A stretch of 55,309 bases of DNA from an uncultured Actinomycetota bacterium. GTDB lineage: Bacteria > Actinomycetota > Humimicrobiia > Humimicrobiales > Humimicrobiaceae. The DNA lies in contig CAYREF010000007.1 of the NCBI GenBank assembly GCA_964423265.1, positions 1-55,309 of the forward strand. The letters are read 5' to 3'. Positions 29,802 to 39,855 of the stretch are shown piece after piece; position 1 is the first letter of the stretch; each line of letters opens with the position of its first letter. Position numbers and translations under genes: made by a program. The notes beneath the pieces were generated by a model. It did no database searches and was not told the origin of the DNA. It saw only the letters and a program-made list of their open reading frames with translations.

Positions 29802-31781
29802 TTATTTACTGCCTCCTTTTTTATACCTTAAAAACCTCGAATTAATAGCTACAATTACAGTGCTTATAGACATTAGAACAGCGCCTACTGCAGGGCTGAG
29901 CAAAATACCAAGGGGATACAAAACCCCGGCAGCAATGGGAATTGCAAAAGCATTATAGCCAGTCGCCCATCCTAAGTTTTGGAGCATTTTCCTGTAAGTG
30001 GCTTTTGACAGGTCCAGCAGTGAAACTATATCCTCAGGATTGCTTTTAACTAAAATAATGCCAGCTGTTTCAATAGCCACATCTGTGCCAGCACCAACTG
30101 CTATTCCTATATCAGCCTGGGCCAATGCAGGGGCATCATTTACTCCATCTCCAGTCATTGCTACCACAAAACCCCTTTTTTGAACTTCAATTATTTTATC
30201 TGCTTTTTCTTCAGGAAGGACTTCAGCAAAATATTCCTCCAGACCTAATTCGCTTGCAACCCATTTGGCAACCTTTTCATTATCCCCGGTTAGCATCATC
30301 GGCTTTATTCCCATTTCTTTTATTTTTTTTATTGCAGATCTAGATTCTTCCCTTATTATATCTGCAAGAGCAATAGCTCCAACTAAATCACCTTCTATAA
30401 TTACAAAAATCACAGTTTTTCCTTCAGAAGTAAGTGCATCTATCTCCGGTTTTTGTTTTAAATCTATATTATTTTCCCTGAGATACCCCGGGCTTACAAC
30501 CATTACCTGCTTGCCCCCCACCTTTGCCTTTGCGCCTTTTCCAGTTATGGATTCAAAATCTTTTACCTCAAGTTTATTTTCCACCTCTTTTGCTATCCCT
30601 TTGGCAATTGAATGCTCTGAATTTTTTTCCAATGAGGCAGCATATTTAATTATATCTTCTTCAGTAAATTCACTGTTAAATGATAAGGTATCTGTTACTC
30701 CAAACTCGCCTTTGGTTAAAGTCCCGGTCTTGTCAAAAATAATTGCATCAGCATTTCTGGCCATCTCAAATGCTGTCCTATCCCTAATAATTAAGCCATT
30801 TTTTGCTGATATGGCAGTAGAAACTGCAACTACTAAAGGTATGGCAAGCCCCAATGCATGGGGGCAGGTGATAACCATTACCGTAACAGATCTTTCCAGA
30901 GAAAAGCTTAAATCCCTCTGGATTAAAAATATCCACACCATAAAAGTAATAAAGCCTACCGAAATAGCAATAATGGTTAACCAGAAGGCAGCTTTATTTG
31001 CCAAATCCTGGGTTTTTGATTTACTTTCCTGGGCTTCTTTTACTCTCTTTATAATCTGGGATAGAAATGATTGTTCGCCCGCTTTTTTAATTTCAACTTT
31101 AACTGAGCCTTCCCCGTTAATTGAGCCCCCAATTACTTCATCATCTTGCCTTTTTCCAACGGGTTTTGATTCTCCTGTTAGCATAGCCTCATTAACACTA
31201 GTTTGCCCTTCATATACAATACCATCAACTGGGATTTTCTCTCCCGGCTTTATAAGCACCTTATCTCCTACCTCTAACTCATTTAAGGGGATGTCTTCAG
31301 TTTTTCCATCTTTTATCCGGTGAGCTTGCTTGGGCATGAGCTTGGCCAGCTCCTGCAAAGCCCTTGAAGCACCCATTATTGATTTCATTTCAATCCAGTG
31401 TCCCAGAAGCATAATATCAATCAAGGTAGCCAACTCCCAGAAAAAGTATTTTCCCTCTATACCAAATACCACTGCTGAACTGTAAACATAAGCAATGGTT
31501 ATTGCCAGTCCAATCAAGGTCATCATTCCAGGTTGCTTTGTCTTTAACTCATTATAGGTCCCTTTGAGAAAAGGCCATCCGCCATAAAAGAAAATAAATG
31601 TGGAAAGGGTGAAAATTACATAACCACTGCCCCTGAATTGTAAGAGGCTTTCTATGTTTAACAGCTGCTGGATTATAGGGGAAAGCAGCAAAACAGGAAT
31701 AGTTACAATAATAGAAATTATAAATCTTTTTCTAAAATCAGCTACCATCATTTCATGGTGGCCGTGTCCTTTCTTTTCCAT
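29802..31781 (-). CDS. copB: Copper-translocating P1B-type ATPase (CopB, P1B-3)
   Basis: CPHALGL, DKTGT, TGES, GDGVNDAPALA, YN and MS.S TM motifs; short His-containing N-terminus. Confidence 0.92.
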   Translation of the reverse strand: MEKKGHGHHEMMVADFRKRFIISIIVTIPVLLLSPIIQQLLNIESLLQFRGSGYVIFTLSTFIFFYGGWPFLKGTYNELKTKQPGMMTLIGLAITIAYVYSSAVVFGIEGKYFFWELATLIDIMLLGHWIEMKSIMGASRALQELAKLMPKQAHRIKDGKTEDIPLNELEVGDKVLIKPGEKIPVDGIVYEGQTSVNEAMLTGESKPVGKRQDDEVIGGSINGEGSVKVEIKKAGEQSFLSQIIKRVKEAQESKSKTQDLANKAAFWLTIIAISVGFITFMVWIFLIQRDLSFSLERSVTVMVITCPHALGLAIPLVVAVSTAISAKNGLIIRDRTAFEMARNADAIIFDKTGTLTKGEFGVTDTLSFNSEFTEEDIIKYAASLEKNSEHSIAKGIAKEVENKLEVKDFESITGKGAKAKVGGKQVMVVSPGYLRENNIDLKQKPEIDALTSEGKTVIFVIIEGDLVGAIALADIIREESRSAIKKIKEMGIKPMMLTGDNEKVAKWVASELGLEEYFAEVLPEEKADKIIEVQKRGFVVAMTGDGVNDAPALAQADIGIAVGAGTDVAIETAGIILVKSNPEDIVSLLDLSKATYRKMLQNLGWATGYNAFAIPIAAGVLYPLGILLSPAVGAVLMSISTVIVAINSRFLRYKKGGSK

Positions 31782-31862
31782 TTTCGCCTCAATAATTTAT
31801 ATTTGTTTATAATGATAACTATTTGTATAGTTTTTGTAGAGTATTTAAAAATTACCATTAAT

Positions 31863-33200
31863 ATGAAAGTAAATCAAAAAAGAATTCGCACTCTTAAAGA
31901 AGAAAAAATTAAAAATGGGCCCATAGCTTATTGGATTAGCAGGGACCAGAGGGTAAATGATAACTGGGCTCTTTTATATACTATTCAATTGGCCCAAAAA
32001 TATAATAGAGAGGCCATTTGCATATTTTGCTTAACCAAAAAATTCCTGGAATCCAGCCAAATGCATTATGCATTCATGCTGAAGGGGCTTAAACAGCTAG
32101 AAAAAAACCTAAAATCTATAAATATACCATTCTATCTAATAATTGGTCAGCCTAAACATGCTATACCAGAGCTGGTCAAAAAAATGGACATAAGCATAAT
32201 GGTTACTGATTTTGACCCCTTGAAAATCAAAAGGAGATGGAAAGATGACATTTTAAATAATACTAGCATACCTTTTTATGAAGTAGATACCCACAATATT
32301 GTCCCTTGCTGGGTGGCATCAGAGAAGCAGGAATATGCAGCATATACTTTCAGGCCGAAGATAAATGAAAAAAAAGCAAAATTTTTAGAAAATTTCCCCA
32401 AATTAGTAAAACAGCAAAAACTTTCTTACCACAAAATTGAATGGAATAGTATATATAAGAGGCTAAATATAAAGGGGTCAGTTCTGGATGATTTTTGGTT
32501 ACAGCCAGGAGAAGAAAATGCATTTAAGAAACTGGATACTTTTTTAAACAGAAAAATAAAAGGCTATAATAGTTTTAGAAATGATCCTAGCAGAGATATT
32601 CAATCTAACCTTTCTCCTTATCTTCACTTCGGCCATATATCATCCCAAAGGATTGCACTTGAAGCATTAAGCAGAGAACCTGATTCAAATATAGATGCTT
32701 TTTTAGAAGAGTTAATTGTTAGAAAAGAATTATCTGATAACTTCTGTTACTACAATAAAGATTACGATAACTTCAACGGTTTCCCTGACTGGGCTAAAAA
32801 AACTTTAAACATACACCAGCATGACAGCCGGGAATATAATTATTCCCTGGATGAGCTGGAAAATGCACAAACCCATGACCCGGTTTGGAATGCAGCACAA
32901 AATGAGATGAAAAATAAGTATAAAATGCATGGTTATATGAGAATGTATTGGGCTAAAAAAATACTGGAGTGGACAGATCACCCCGGCCAGGCCCAGAAAT
33001 TTGCCATATATCTAAATAATAAATATGAATTAGACGGAAGGGATCCTAACGGGTATGCAGGAATTGCCTGGTCTATCGGGGGTGTCCATGACCGGGCGTG
33101 GCAGGAAAGAGAAATATTTGGAAAAATAAGGTATATGAGCCAGAATAGCCTAAAAAGGAAGTTTAACCTTAGAAAATATACCAGCACTTTTTTAAGTTGA
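31863..33200 (+). CDS. phrB: Class II CPD deoxyribodipyrimidine photolyase
   Basis: YWISRDQRVNDNWAL, SNLSPYLHFG, EELIVRKELSDNFC, MHGYMRMYWAKKILEW and ELDGRDPNGY; start moved to ATG 31863 to avoid overlap with copB. Confidence 0.94.
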   Translation: MKVNQKRIRTLKEEKIKNGPIAYWISRDQRVNDNWALLYTIQLAQKYNREAICIFCLTKKFLESSQMHYAFMLKGLKQLEKNLKSINIPFYLIIGQPKHAIPELVKKMDISIMVTDFDPLKIKRRWKDDILNNTSIPFYEVDTHNIVPCWVASEKQEYAAYTFRPKINEKKAKFLENFPKLVKQQKLSYHKIEWNSIYKRLNIKGSVLDDFWLQPGEENAFKKLDTFLNRKIKGYNSFRNDPSRDIQSNLSPYLHFGHISSQRIALEALSREPDSNIDAFLEELIVRKELSDNFCYYNKDYDNFNGFPDWAKKTLNIHQHDSREYNYSLDELENAQTHDPVWNAAQNEMKNKYKMHGYMRMYWAKKILEWTDHPGQAQKFAIYLNNKYELDGRDPNGYAGIAWSIGGVHDRAWQEREIFGKIRYMSQNSLKRKFNLRKYTSTFLS

Positions 33201-35582
33201 TTGCTGTGAGTATTCCTTTAATTTTTGCAGGTAGTTATACATCCTTTCATTAACTTTGTAATTAACAGAATCCTTTTCAAAATTATTGCCTTCCACTTTT
33301 TTACCAGCTTTTACTCCTGTAAGTATTTCAATTCCTTCATCAATTGTGTCCACAGAATAAATATGGAATTTATCCTCACCAACAGCCTTTACAATTCCCT
33401 CTTTAAGCATTAAATTTTTTTCATTGCTCCTGGGGATTATTACCCCCTGGCTACCGTCTAACCCTTTAATTTTGCATATTTCAAAAAAACCTTCTATCTT
33501 TTCATTTACTCCTCCAATTGCCTGAACTTCACCTTTTTGGTTAACTGACCCCGTTACAGCAATGTTCTGCTTTAAAGGTAATCCTGACAGTGAAGAAATT
33601 AAGGCATACAATTCAGCACTTGAAGCGCTGTCACCTTCCACTCCGCTATAGCTTTGCTCAAAAACTAGCCTTGCTGATAAATTGAATGGTTTATCCTGGG
33701 CATACTTGTTAATCATATAACCGCTTAAGATCATAACTCCCTTGCTGTGAATCGGCCCCCCTAACTTTGTTTCTCTTTCAATATCCACTATTCCTTCTTT
33801 TCCTATTCCCACATTCGCGGTAACCCTTGAAGGCTTACCAAAAGAATAATTACCTACAGTGGTAATCGAAAGGCCGTTAACTTGACCAACAACCTCTCCA
33901 CTAATATCTATTAAAATGGTGCTTCTCTCAATCATCTCCTGAATTTTTTCCTGCATCAGGTTTGACCTGTAAATTTTTTCATTTATAGCTTTCTGAATAT
34001 GTCCAGAATTTATGTATTCTGAGTCTTCTTCTTGGGCATAATAATTTGCCTCATAAATTATATCCCCTATTTCTGAAAATTTAGTGGACAGTTTTTCCTT
34101 ATCAGAAGAAATTCTTAAACCATGTTCAATTATTTTAGCAACAGCTGAAGCATGGAGGTGTTTTAGGTTTTCTTTGTTACAAAAAGTGCAAACAAAAGAG
34201 GCATACTTTTTAACATTATCCTTATTTTTATCCATAACCCAGTCAAAATCAGCCCTAACTTTAAAAAGTTTTTTAAAATCATTGTCGTAATTAAATAGGA
34301 GATTATAAAAGAGTGGTCTTCCGATTAATATAATTTTTAAATCAAGGGGTATAGGTTCAGGCTTTAATCCCTTGGTAGTAACCAGTCCAAACTTTTCTCC
34401 TGCTTCCTCTATGTCAATTTTTTTATCCCTTAAAGCAATTTTTAGACTATCCCATGAAAAGGGATTCTTTAGTAGCTCTTCTACAGGCAATATTAAAAAT
34501 CCCCCATTTGCCTTATGCAGGGCTCCATTTCTGACCATGGTAAAATCGGTAGTTAAAATACCAAATTGAGCCTCTTTTTCTAATTTCCCGAAAAGGTTCT
34601 TGTAATTTGGATTGTGCTCTACTATTACCGGTGCACCCTTTTTTTCAGAGTTATCAATAACTACATTCACTTCATATTTCCGGAATTTGGCTTCCTTAAT
34701 CCAGGGCATAGAAAAAGGTGAGCCCTTTTTTTGTTCGTCTTGTTTTAAAAAAGTCTTTATATTTTCTAATATATCTTTTTGGACTGCATCAATGTATTCC
34801 TGCACTTTTTCATTATCTTTATACTTCTCTTTAATCTCATCCACTAGCGGCCCCATGGTATATAAAGCAACATTTTTATCCAATTTCTTAGTGTCTTCTT
34901 CTATTTCTTTATCCAGCTTTTTTACTTTATCCATTGTACTTTTTAGGTCTTCGTTTAGCTCTTTTCTTTTCTTTTTAAGCTCTTCGCGTTTCCCTTTTTC
35001 AAGAGACATAAATTGTTCCTCGTTTAAGGCTTTACCGTCTACCACTGGAAGGATAAATAGCCCAAAAGCAGTTTGTTTTAATACGAAGCCTTCTTTTTTT
35101 GCTCTCTCTTTTAAATCTGTTATCAGCTTATTTCTTTCTTCCTCAACTTTTTTGGTAATAGAGTCTTTTTTTTCTAAATAATCTTTGTCAGAAAATACTT
35201 TTGGCAGGGAATTTTTTAATTTTTCTATAAAATTTTTCATATCATTTTTAAATTTATTACCCAACCCTGCCCTCAGTTCTATGGCTTTAGGTTCATAGGA
35301 ATTGTCAAAATTGTTAACATAACACCAGTCGCTTGGTCTTGGTTTTTCCTTTGCAATTTCATTTACAAAACTTTTCACCCCAGTAGTTCTGCCAGTACCG
35401 GGAATTCCAGATACAAAAATATTAAAACCTTTATTATTTATATTAAGCCCAAACTTTAAGGCTTTTACAGCCCTGTCCTGGCCAACTATGCTGTCTAATG
35501 AATCGAGCTGCTCAGTGGTCTCACAATCAATTTCATTTTCTTTTATAATAATTCTTAAATCTTTAGAATTTAATTCACCCAT
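33192..35582 (-). CDS. Lon-like protease, LonC/AAA_32 type
   Basis: GQDRA, degenerate Walker A GIPGTGRTT, long coiled coil, GALHKANGG, FEQSY.GVEGDSASS, TGSVNQ and GGVNEKIEGF (Ser-Lys dyad). Confidence 0.92.
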   Translation of the reverse strand: MGELNSKDLRIIIKENEIDCETTEQLDSLDSIVGQDRAVKALKFGLNINNKGFNIFVSGIPGTGRTTGVKSFVNEIAKEKPRPSDWCYVNNFDNSYEPKAIELRAGLGNKFKNDMKNFIEKLKNSLPKVFSDKDYLEKKDSITKKVEEERNKLITDLKERAKKEGFVLKQTAFGLFILPVVDGKALNEEQFMSLEKGKREELKKKRKELNEDLKSTMDKVKKLDKEIEEDTKKLDKNVALYTMGPLVDEIKEKYKDNEKVQEYIDAVQKDILENIKTFLKQDEQKKGSPFSMPWIKEAKFRKYEVNVVIDNSEKKGAPVIVEHNPNYKNLFGKLEKEAQFGILTTDFTMVRNGALHKANGGFLILPVEELLKNPFSWDSLKIALRDKKIDIEEAGEKFGLVTTKGLKPEPIPLDLKIILIGRPLFYNLLFNYDNDFKKLFKVRADFDWVMDKNKDNVKKYASFVCTFCNKENLKHLHASAVAKIIEHGLRISSDKEKLSTKFSEIGDIIYEANYYAQEEDSEYINSGHIQKAINEKIYRSNLMQEKIQEMIERSTILIDISGEVVGQVNGLSITTVGNYSFGKPSRVTANVGIGKEGIVDIERETKLGGPIHSKGVMILSGYMINKYAQDKPFNLSARLVFEQSYSGVEGDSASSAELYALISSLSGLPLKQNIAVTGSVNQKGEVQAIGGVNEKIEGFFEICKIKGLDGSQGVIIPRSNEKNLMLKEGIVKAVGEDKFHIYSVDTIDEGIEILTGVKAGKKVEGNNFEKDSVNYKVNERMYNYLQKLKEYSQQST

Positions 35583-35800
35583 CTACTTTCCCCTTTACAA
35601 TTGATTAATTATTGTATTTATAATAGTAATTGAATTAAGGATAGATTTAAATAAATTTATTATTAGCAGAAAACCCTCAGCTTACCTAACAAGCCTATGC
35701 CAGTATCAGGCCATCATTTCCTTAAAACTTATTTTGTTCTATAAGACTAGATTAGCCTGCTTCTAGGTGACAATATTATTTAAAAAACTCTGTTACTAAC

Positions 35801-36925
35801 CTAATTTTTACCAAAATATTTCGGTATTAGACTTATCTTACTATAACCCCATTCATGAGATGGCTCTATTGCGCTGCCCTCCTGGTTTTCATTAAAAGTA
35901 GCAATGGTAACCTGGTCAAGATTTTTATTACCGTTTACTGGGTCCAGGTAAGTTGATACCATCTCCAGCATATACTTAAAATCCTTTATTTCTCCAGAAA
36001 GTACCGGGATAGACTCTCTTTCTTCCTTAAAACAGGTATCATCATATTCAAATATTGCTCCTGGGATAAAGTCAACCCCGTTTATGTATGCTGCAGTCTT
36101 CCATACCATGTATAATAATTTAAGCCGGTCTGCAAAATCTGCCGTATTTTGGGGATACCCTGCATAAGCATGGTAAAGGGAGACAGCATCAAATAGATTG
36201 GTTCCGCTAAAATCATAATTCCAGAAAACCTGGTCCCCAACAATGTAAACTCCATAACCCTTATTTTTAAAATTTTTCCTAATCTCACTTATTGCACCGC
36301 TAAAATTTCCGGTTATATCCCTGGCAACATAAATCCATAAAACAGGCTTGCCGTTTAAATGGAAATAATTCTTATTACCAAAATAAGTCTCTGCAATATG
36401 GTCCATATCTTTAATAAAAAGATTGTAGATGCCTTCATTATCAAAGTCATAAGGCGGGTTGCCGTATGTCCCGGAAAACCTTAGCATGGTATCATACATA
36501 AGACAAAATTTTGCCCCGCCCAAATCATGGCTTGCTATTCCTTCTTGGATACTTTCATCTAAATCTGGAATATATTCAACTTTGAATACATCAATTCCAT
36601 ATTTATTTGCCCAATTCCGGTGACTTTCCAACACTTCAGGATCTAGGCTATTATAAAATCCAAGGCAGGGCTTGTTTGATGCCCCCCGTTGCCAGTTTTT
36701 TTCATCCCACCATGTGTAATAGTCGCTGTAGACTACGGTATCGCTGATTTTGCCTTGGTCTAGAAAGTCAATTGAATTTTTAGTTTTTTCATATAAAAAA
36801 TAACTGGAATTGCCCAGTAAGAAATAATTTTTTTCAAGGAAATATAATATGCCCAAGCTGCAAACCAGCAGTACAGCGGCTAAAAATATGCAAACAAGGA
36901 CTTTTTTCCATTTTTTTAATTCCAT
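35801..36925 (-). CDS. Membrane-anchored glycoside hydrolase family 99/71-like protein
   Basis: N-terminal TM, YYTWW, P.LG.YNS.DP.V...H..WA..YGID.F, GKPVLWIY and C-terminal TFNENQEG (ExxE). Confidence 0.75.
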   Translation of the reverse strand: MELKKWKKVLVCIFLAAVLLVCSLGILYFLEKNYFLLGNSSYFLYEKTKNSIDFLDQGKISDTVVYSDYYTWWDEKNWQRGASNKPCLGFYNSLDPEVLESHRNWANKYGIDVFKVEYIPDLDESIQEGIASHDLGGAKFCLMYDTMLRFSGTYGNPPYDFDNEGIYNLFIKDMDHIAETYFGNKNYFHLNGKPVLWIYVARDITGNFSGAISEIRKNFKNKGYGVYIVGDQVFWNYDFSGTNLFDAVSLYHAYAGYPQNTADFADRLKLLYMVWKTAAYINGVDFIPGAIFEYDDTCFKEERESIPVLSGEIKDFKYMLEMVSTYLDPVNGNKNLDQVTIATFNENQEGSAIEPSHEWGYSKISLIPKYFGKN

Positions 36926-37007
36926 TTTATTTTTATTAGCCTGATTATGGGCACTGGAAATGGATTTAACCCTGTTAAGTGTTTATCCTATTGAATATTA
37001 GAAAGGA

Positions 37008-37568
37008 TTACCCTTTAATCTGGAAATATATTAAAATTGCTGTAAGTATTGCTATCGCCACTATAAAAATAATGCAACCGGGGCTTTTAAACATTGCTCC
37101 GTATGCTTCCTGGGGAGAGGGGGTTTCTGGCATTTTTTTTCCTGGTTCTTCAAAATCTTCATTTAGCTTATACCCGCAATAAGGGCAAAGGTTAAAATCT
37201 TCTTTTATTGGCTTGTAACATTTCGGGCAAAGTTCCTTGCCCAGTTTGCTGGTTTCTTCAATTTTTTTATCTATTTCCCTTTCATCCAGGTTTAACTGCT
37301 TTTTTAATTTATCTAAAACTTTTTTTTCGTTTTCATTAATTCCGTTCTGGCTAAAATTATGATAAACATAGGCGTAAAGTTCGACCAGGTCTTCATCATC
37401 AAATTTTTTTAAGACTTCTAACTCTTCATCAGTAATTTCCTTAAAAACAATTATATTGTCTTCTATCTTGTCAAACTCCTTATCCAGCTTTTCATCACAT
37501 TCTTCACAATACAGTGAATCTGAATCTTCGGGCAGTTCCTTTCCGCATTCTTCGCATTTATCAACCAT
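37008..37568 (-). CDS. Double zinc-ribbon protein with C-terminal membrane anchor
   Basis: CEEC...CEEC, acidic helical middle, CPKC...CPYC and a hydrophobic C-terminus. Confidence 0.8.
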   Translation of the reverse strand: MVDKCEECGKELPEDSDSLYCEECDEKLDKEFDKIEDNIIVFKEITDEELEVLKKFDDEDLVELYAYVYHNFSQNGINENEKKVLDKLKKQLNLDEREIDKKIEETSKLGKELCPKCYKPIKEDFNLCPYCGYKLNEDFEEPGKKMPETPSPQEAYGAMFKSPGCIIFIVAIAILTAILIYFQIKG

Positions 37569-37608
37569 GGTTTCATTACCTTCCTCTCTTTGCTATTTTT
37601 TGTATATT

Positions 37609-39855
37609 TTAAAGCAAATTATTTAATTCATCCAATATTATTTTACTGGCCTCCTTGTCTAGCGGCTTATTTTCATTTCCACATTTAGGTGAGTAAATGC
37701 AGGATGGACATCCCGAGCTGCAGTTGCAGTCCCGCATAAGCTCATTGGTAATTTTAACTAGCTTGGAGAAAAGATAAAAAGCTTTCTCAGACAACCCTAT
37801 CCCCCCTTCATAAGAGTCATATATAAATACAGCTGCCTTTCTATTAAAGGGATGCGATGAATAAGATACTCCCCCAATATCCCACCGGTCACATATTACT
37901 ATTAAGGGCATCATGGCAATCATTGCGTGCTCTATTCCATGTATACCACCTTCAAAATCTAGATTTCTGTTCAAAACTTTGGACTTTATTGGTTCCGGTA
38001 TGGTAAACCATAATCCCGCTGTATTAAATTCTAATGGGGGGAGTTCCAGGTTTTCAGAGGCCAGGACTTTATCATATTTTTTTATTTTGTAGGCAAAAAA
38101 ATCCTCTTCTACCTTCAGGCTTCCATAATTTAATTCCCACCCCTTTATGTTTTTAGTTCTTTCTTTTTCCAACACTTTTACTTCCACCGTTTTTAAGGCA
38201 TCAGTGTAGTAGCCCACCTCTTTTTTCTCCAAATGTATTAAAAGGTTAACCAGATCCATATCCTTAACCACATATTTTTCTCCCCTATGCAATAAAACAG
38301 CACCCTTATGTGCTTCCCTGTATGCCTGGACTTTGCTCAGGGTTTCTAAAACTCTACCATTTTCAAGTATCTTAAAGGTTTCTCCCGCTATATTTTCTAA
38401 ATTTACTATTTGGCTGGGCTTTTTTTCGCCAAAATAAATCCAGCCCTTGCCAGTTTTTTTCATTAAATTATTGCCAGCAAAATCATTAATATACTCCTCT
38501 ATTTTCTTCCCAAAAAATTTACTGTCCCTGCCAGTATCTACGGGCAGTTCAGAAGAAGCGCACATTAGATGCCCTGCGACAATATAGGGGTTGGACAAGT
38601 CTATTACCGCATTTTCACTAGGGGTAGTAAAGATATAGTTTGAATGCTTCATCAGGTATTGATCCAGAGCATTTTGGAAGCCAACAAAAACAACCAAGGA
38701 ATCATTGGTTCCCCTCCCTGCTCTTCCTGCTTGCTGCCATGTGGAAATTAAAGTACCGGGATAACCGGAAATAAGGACGGCATCCAGTGCCCCGATATCT
38801 ATTCCCAGCTCTAAGGCATTAGTTGAGACTAGCCCTGAAATTTTACCGGATTTTAAGCCACTTTCTATTTCCCTTCTCTCTTCCGGCAAATAGCCGGCTC
38901 TGTAGCATGTAATCTTTGCAGCTAATTTGCCAAGTTCCTCTTTAGCCCAGTTAACTATAAGCTCTGCCAATTTCCTGGATATGGTAAAACACAGAACCTG
39001 TAAACTCTTCTTCACCATAACAGTAAACAAATCCCTGGTTTCTTGGTGGGTAGAATAGTATCCAACCCCGTCAAAATAAGGGTTGTAGAGGATAAAATAC
39101 TTTCTTCCTCCTGGAGAATAATCCTTTTTTATAATATCAAAGTCCTTGCCTACCAGTTTTTTACCAAACTCAGCTGGATTTGCAAGAGTAGCCGTAGAAA
39201 GCACATACTGTGGATTTGCATTATAAAAGTTAAGTATTCTCTCCATTCTCCTGAAAAGCATGGCAATATTAGAGCCGAATACTCCTCTGTAATGGTGGGC
39301 TTCATCTATTACTATAAACTTTAAGTTGCCAAAAAAGTTATTCCACTTAAAATGCCATGATAGAATATGGTGTATTTCATAGGGATTGCTTACTATGATT
39401 CTTGAATTATTTCTTATCCTTGGCCTCCTGGAGCTAGGAGTATCTCCATCATAAATATCAGCATTAACCTTGATTTTAGTTATATTTTCTACTTCCCTTA
39501 TTTTCTTAAGTTGATCATTAGCTAATGCCTTAGTAGGATAAAGGTAAAGAGCAGTATAATTATTATTTAGCCCTAAGGCTTCAAATACAGGCAGGTTAAA
39601 AGCAAGGGTTTTGCCTGATGCCGTGGGAGTGGTTATGATTACATTCCTGCCTTCCCTTATTTTTTTAATGCACTGGGTCTGGTGCTTATATAGTCTAATA
39701 TTTTTTTGGTTTAAATATTTTCTTATTCCTTCTGAAATGCCACCTAAATTACCATAGGCGCCTTGTTTTTTTTCAATGGTTTCAATATGCTCAATCCTGG
39801 AGCTAAACCTGGAACTTTCTTTTAATATTTTTATTATCTCTATAATGTTTCCCAT
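37609..39855 (-). CDS. DEAH-box SF2 helicase with DUF1998 Zn-binding C-terminus (YprA/MrfA/SftH/Hrq1 family)
   Basis: TPTASGKT, YPTKALANDQ, DEAH, TAT, TNALELGIDIG, QQAGRAGR, YD...GG.G and C.C..GCPSC. Confidence 0.94.
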   Translation of the reverse strand: MGNIIEIIKILKESSRFSSRIEHIETIEKKQGAYGNLGGISEGIRKYLNQKNIRLYKHQTQCIKKIREGRNVIITTPTASGKTLAFNLPVFEALGLNNNYTALYLYPTKALANDQLKKIREVENITKIKVNADIYDGDTPSSRRPRIRNNSRIIVSNPYEIHHILSWHFKWNNFFGNLKFIVIDEAHHYRGVFGSNIAMLFRRMERILNFYNANPQYVLSTATLANPAEFGKKLVGKDFDIIKKDYSPGGRKYFILYNPYFDGVGYYSTHQETRDLFTVMVKKSLQVLCFTISRKLAELIVNWAKEELGKLAAKITCYRAGYLPEERREIESGLKSGKISGLVSTNALELGIDIGALDAVLISGYPGTLISTWQQAGRAGRGTNDSLVVFVGFQNALDQYLMKHSNYIFTTPSENAVIDLSNPYIVAGHLMCASSELPVDTGRDSKFFGKKIEEYINDFAGNNLMKKTGKGWIYFGEKKPSQIVNLENIAGETFKILENGRVLETLSKVQAYREAHKGAVLLHRGEKYVVKDMDLVNLLIHLEKKEVGYYTDALKTVEVKVLEKERTKNIKGWELNYGSLKVEEDFFAYKIKKYDKVLASENLELPPLEFNTAGLWFTIPEPIKSKVLNRNLDFEGGIHGIEHAMIAMMPLIVICDRWDIGGVSYSSHPFNRKAAVFIYDSYEGGIGLSEKAFYLFSKLVKITNELMRDCNCSSGCPSCIYSPKCGNENKPLDKEASKIILDELNNLL

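Noticed and set aside
30265-31323. 352-aa + strand ORF
   Set aside because: Exact antisense shadow of the well-supported copB gene; Ser/Ile/Phe-rich with no recognisable motifs.
31755-31862. Hydrophobic N-terminal extension of the photolyase ORF
   Set aside because: Overlaps the copB start and the AT-rich divergent promoter region; homology begins at MKVNQKRIR.
35583-35800. Intergenic region with a GC-richer patch, considered as a riboswitch or sRNA
   Set aside because: I could not find a known aptamer consensus, a strong hairpin with a U-tract, or an ORF.
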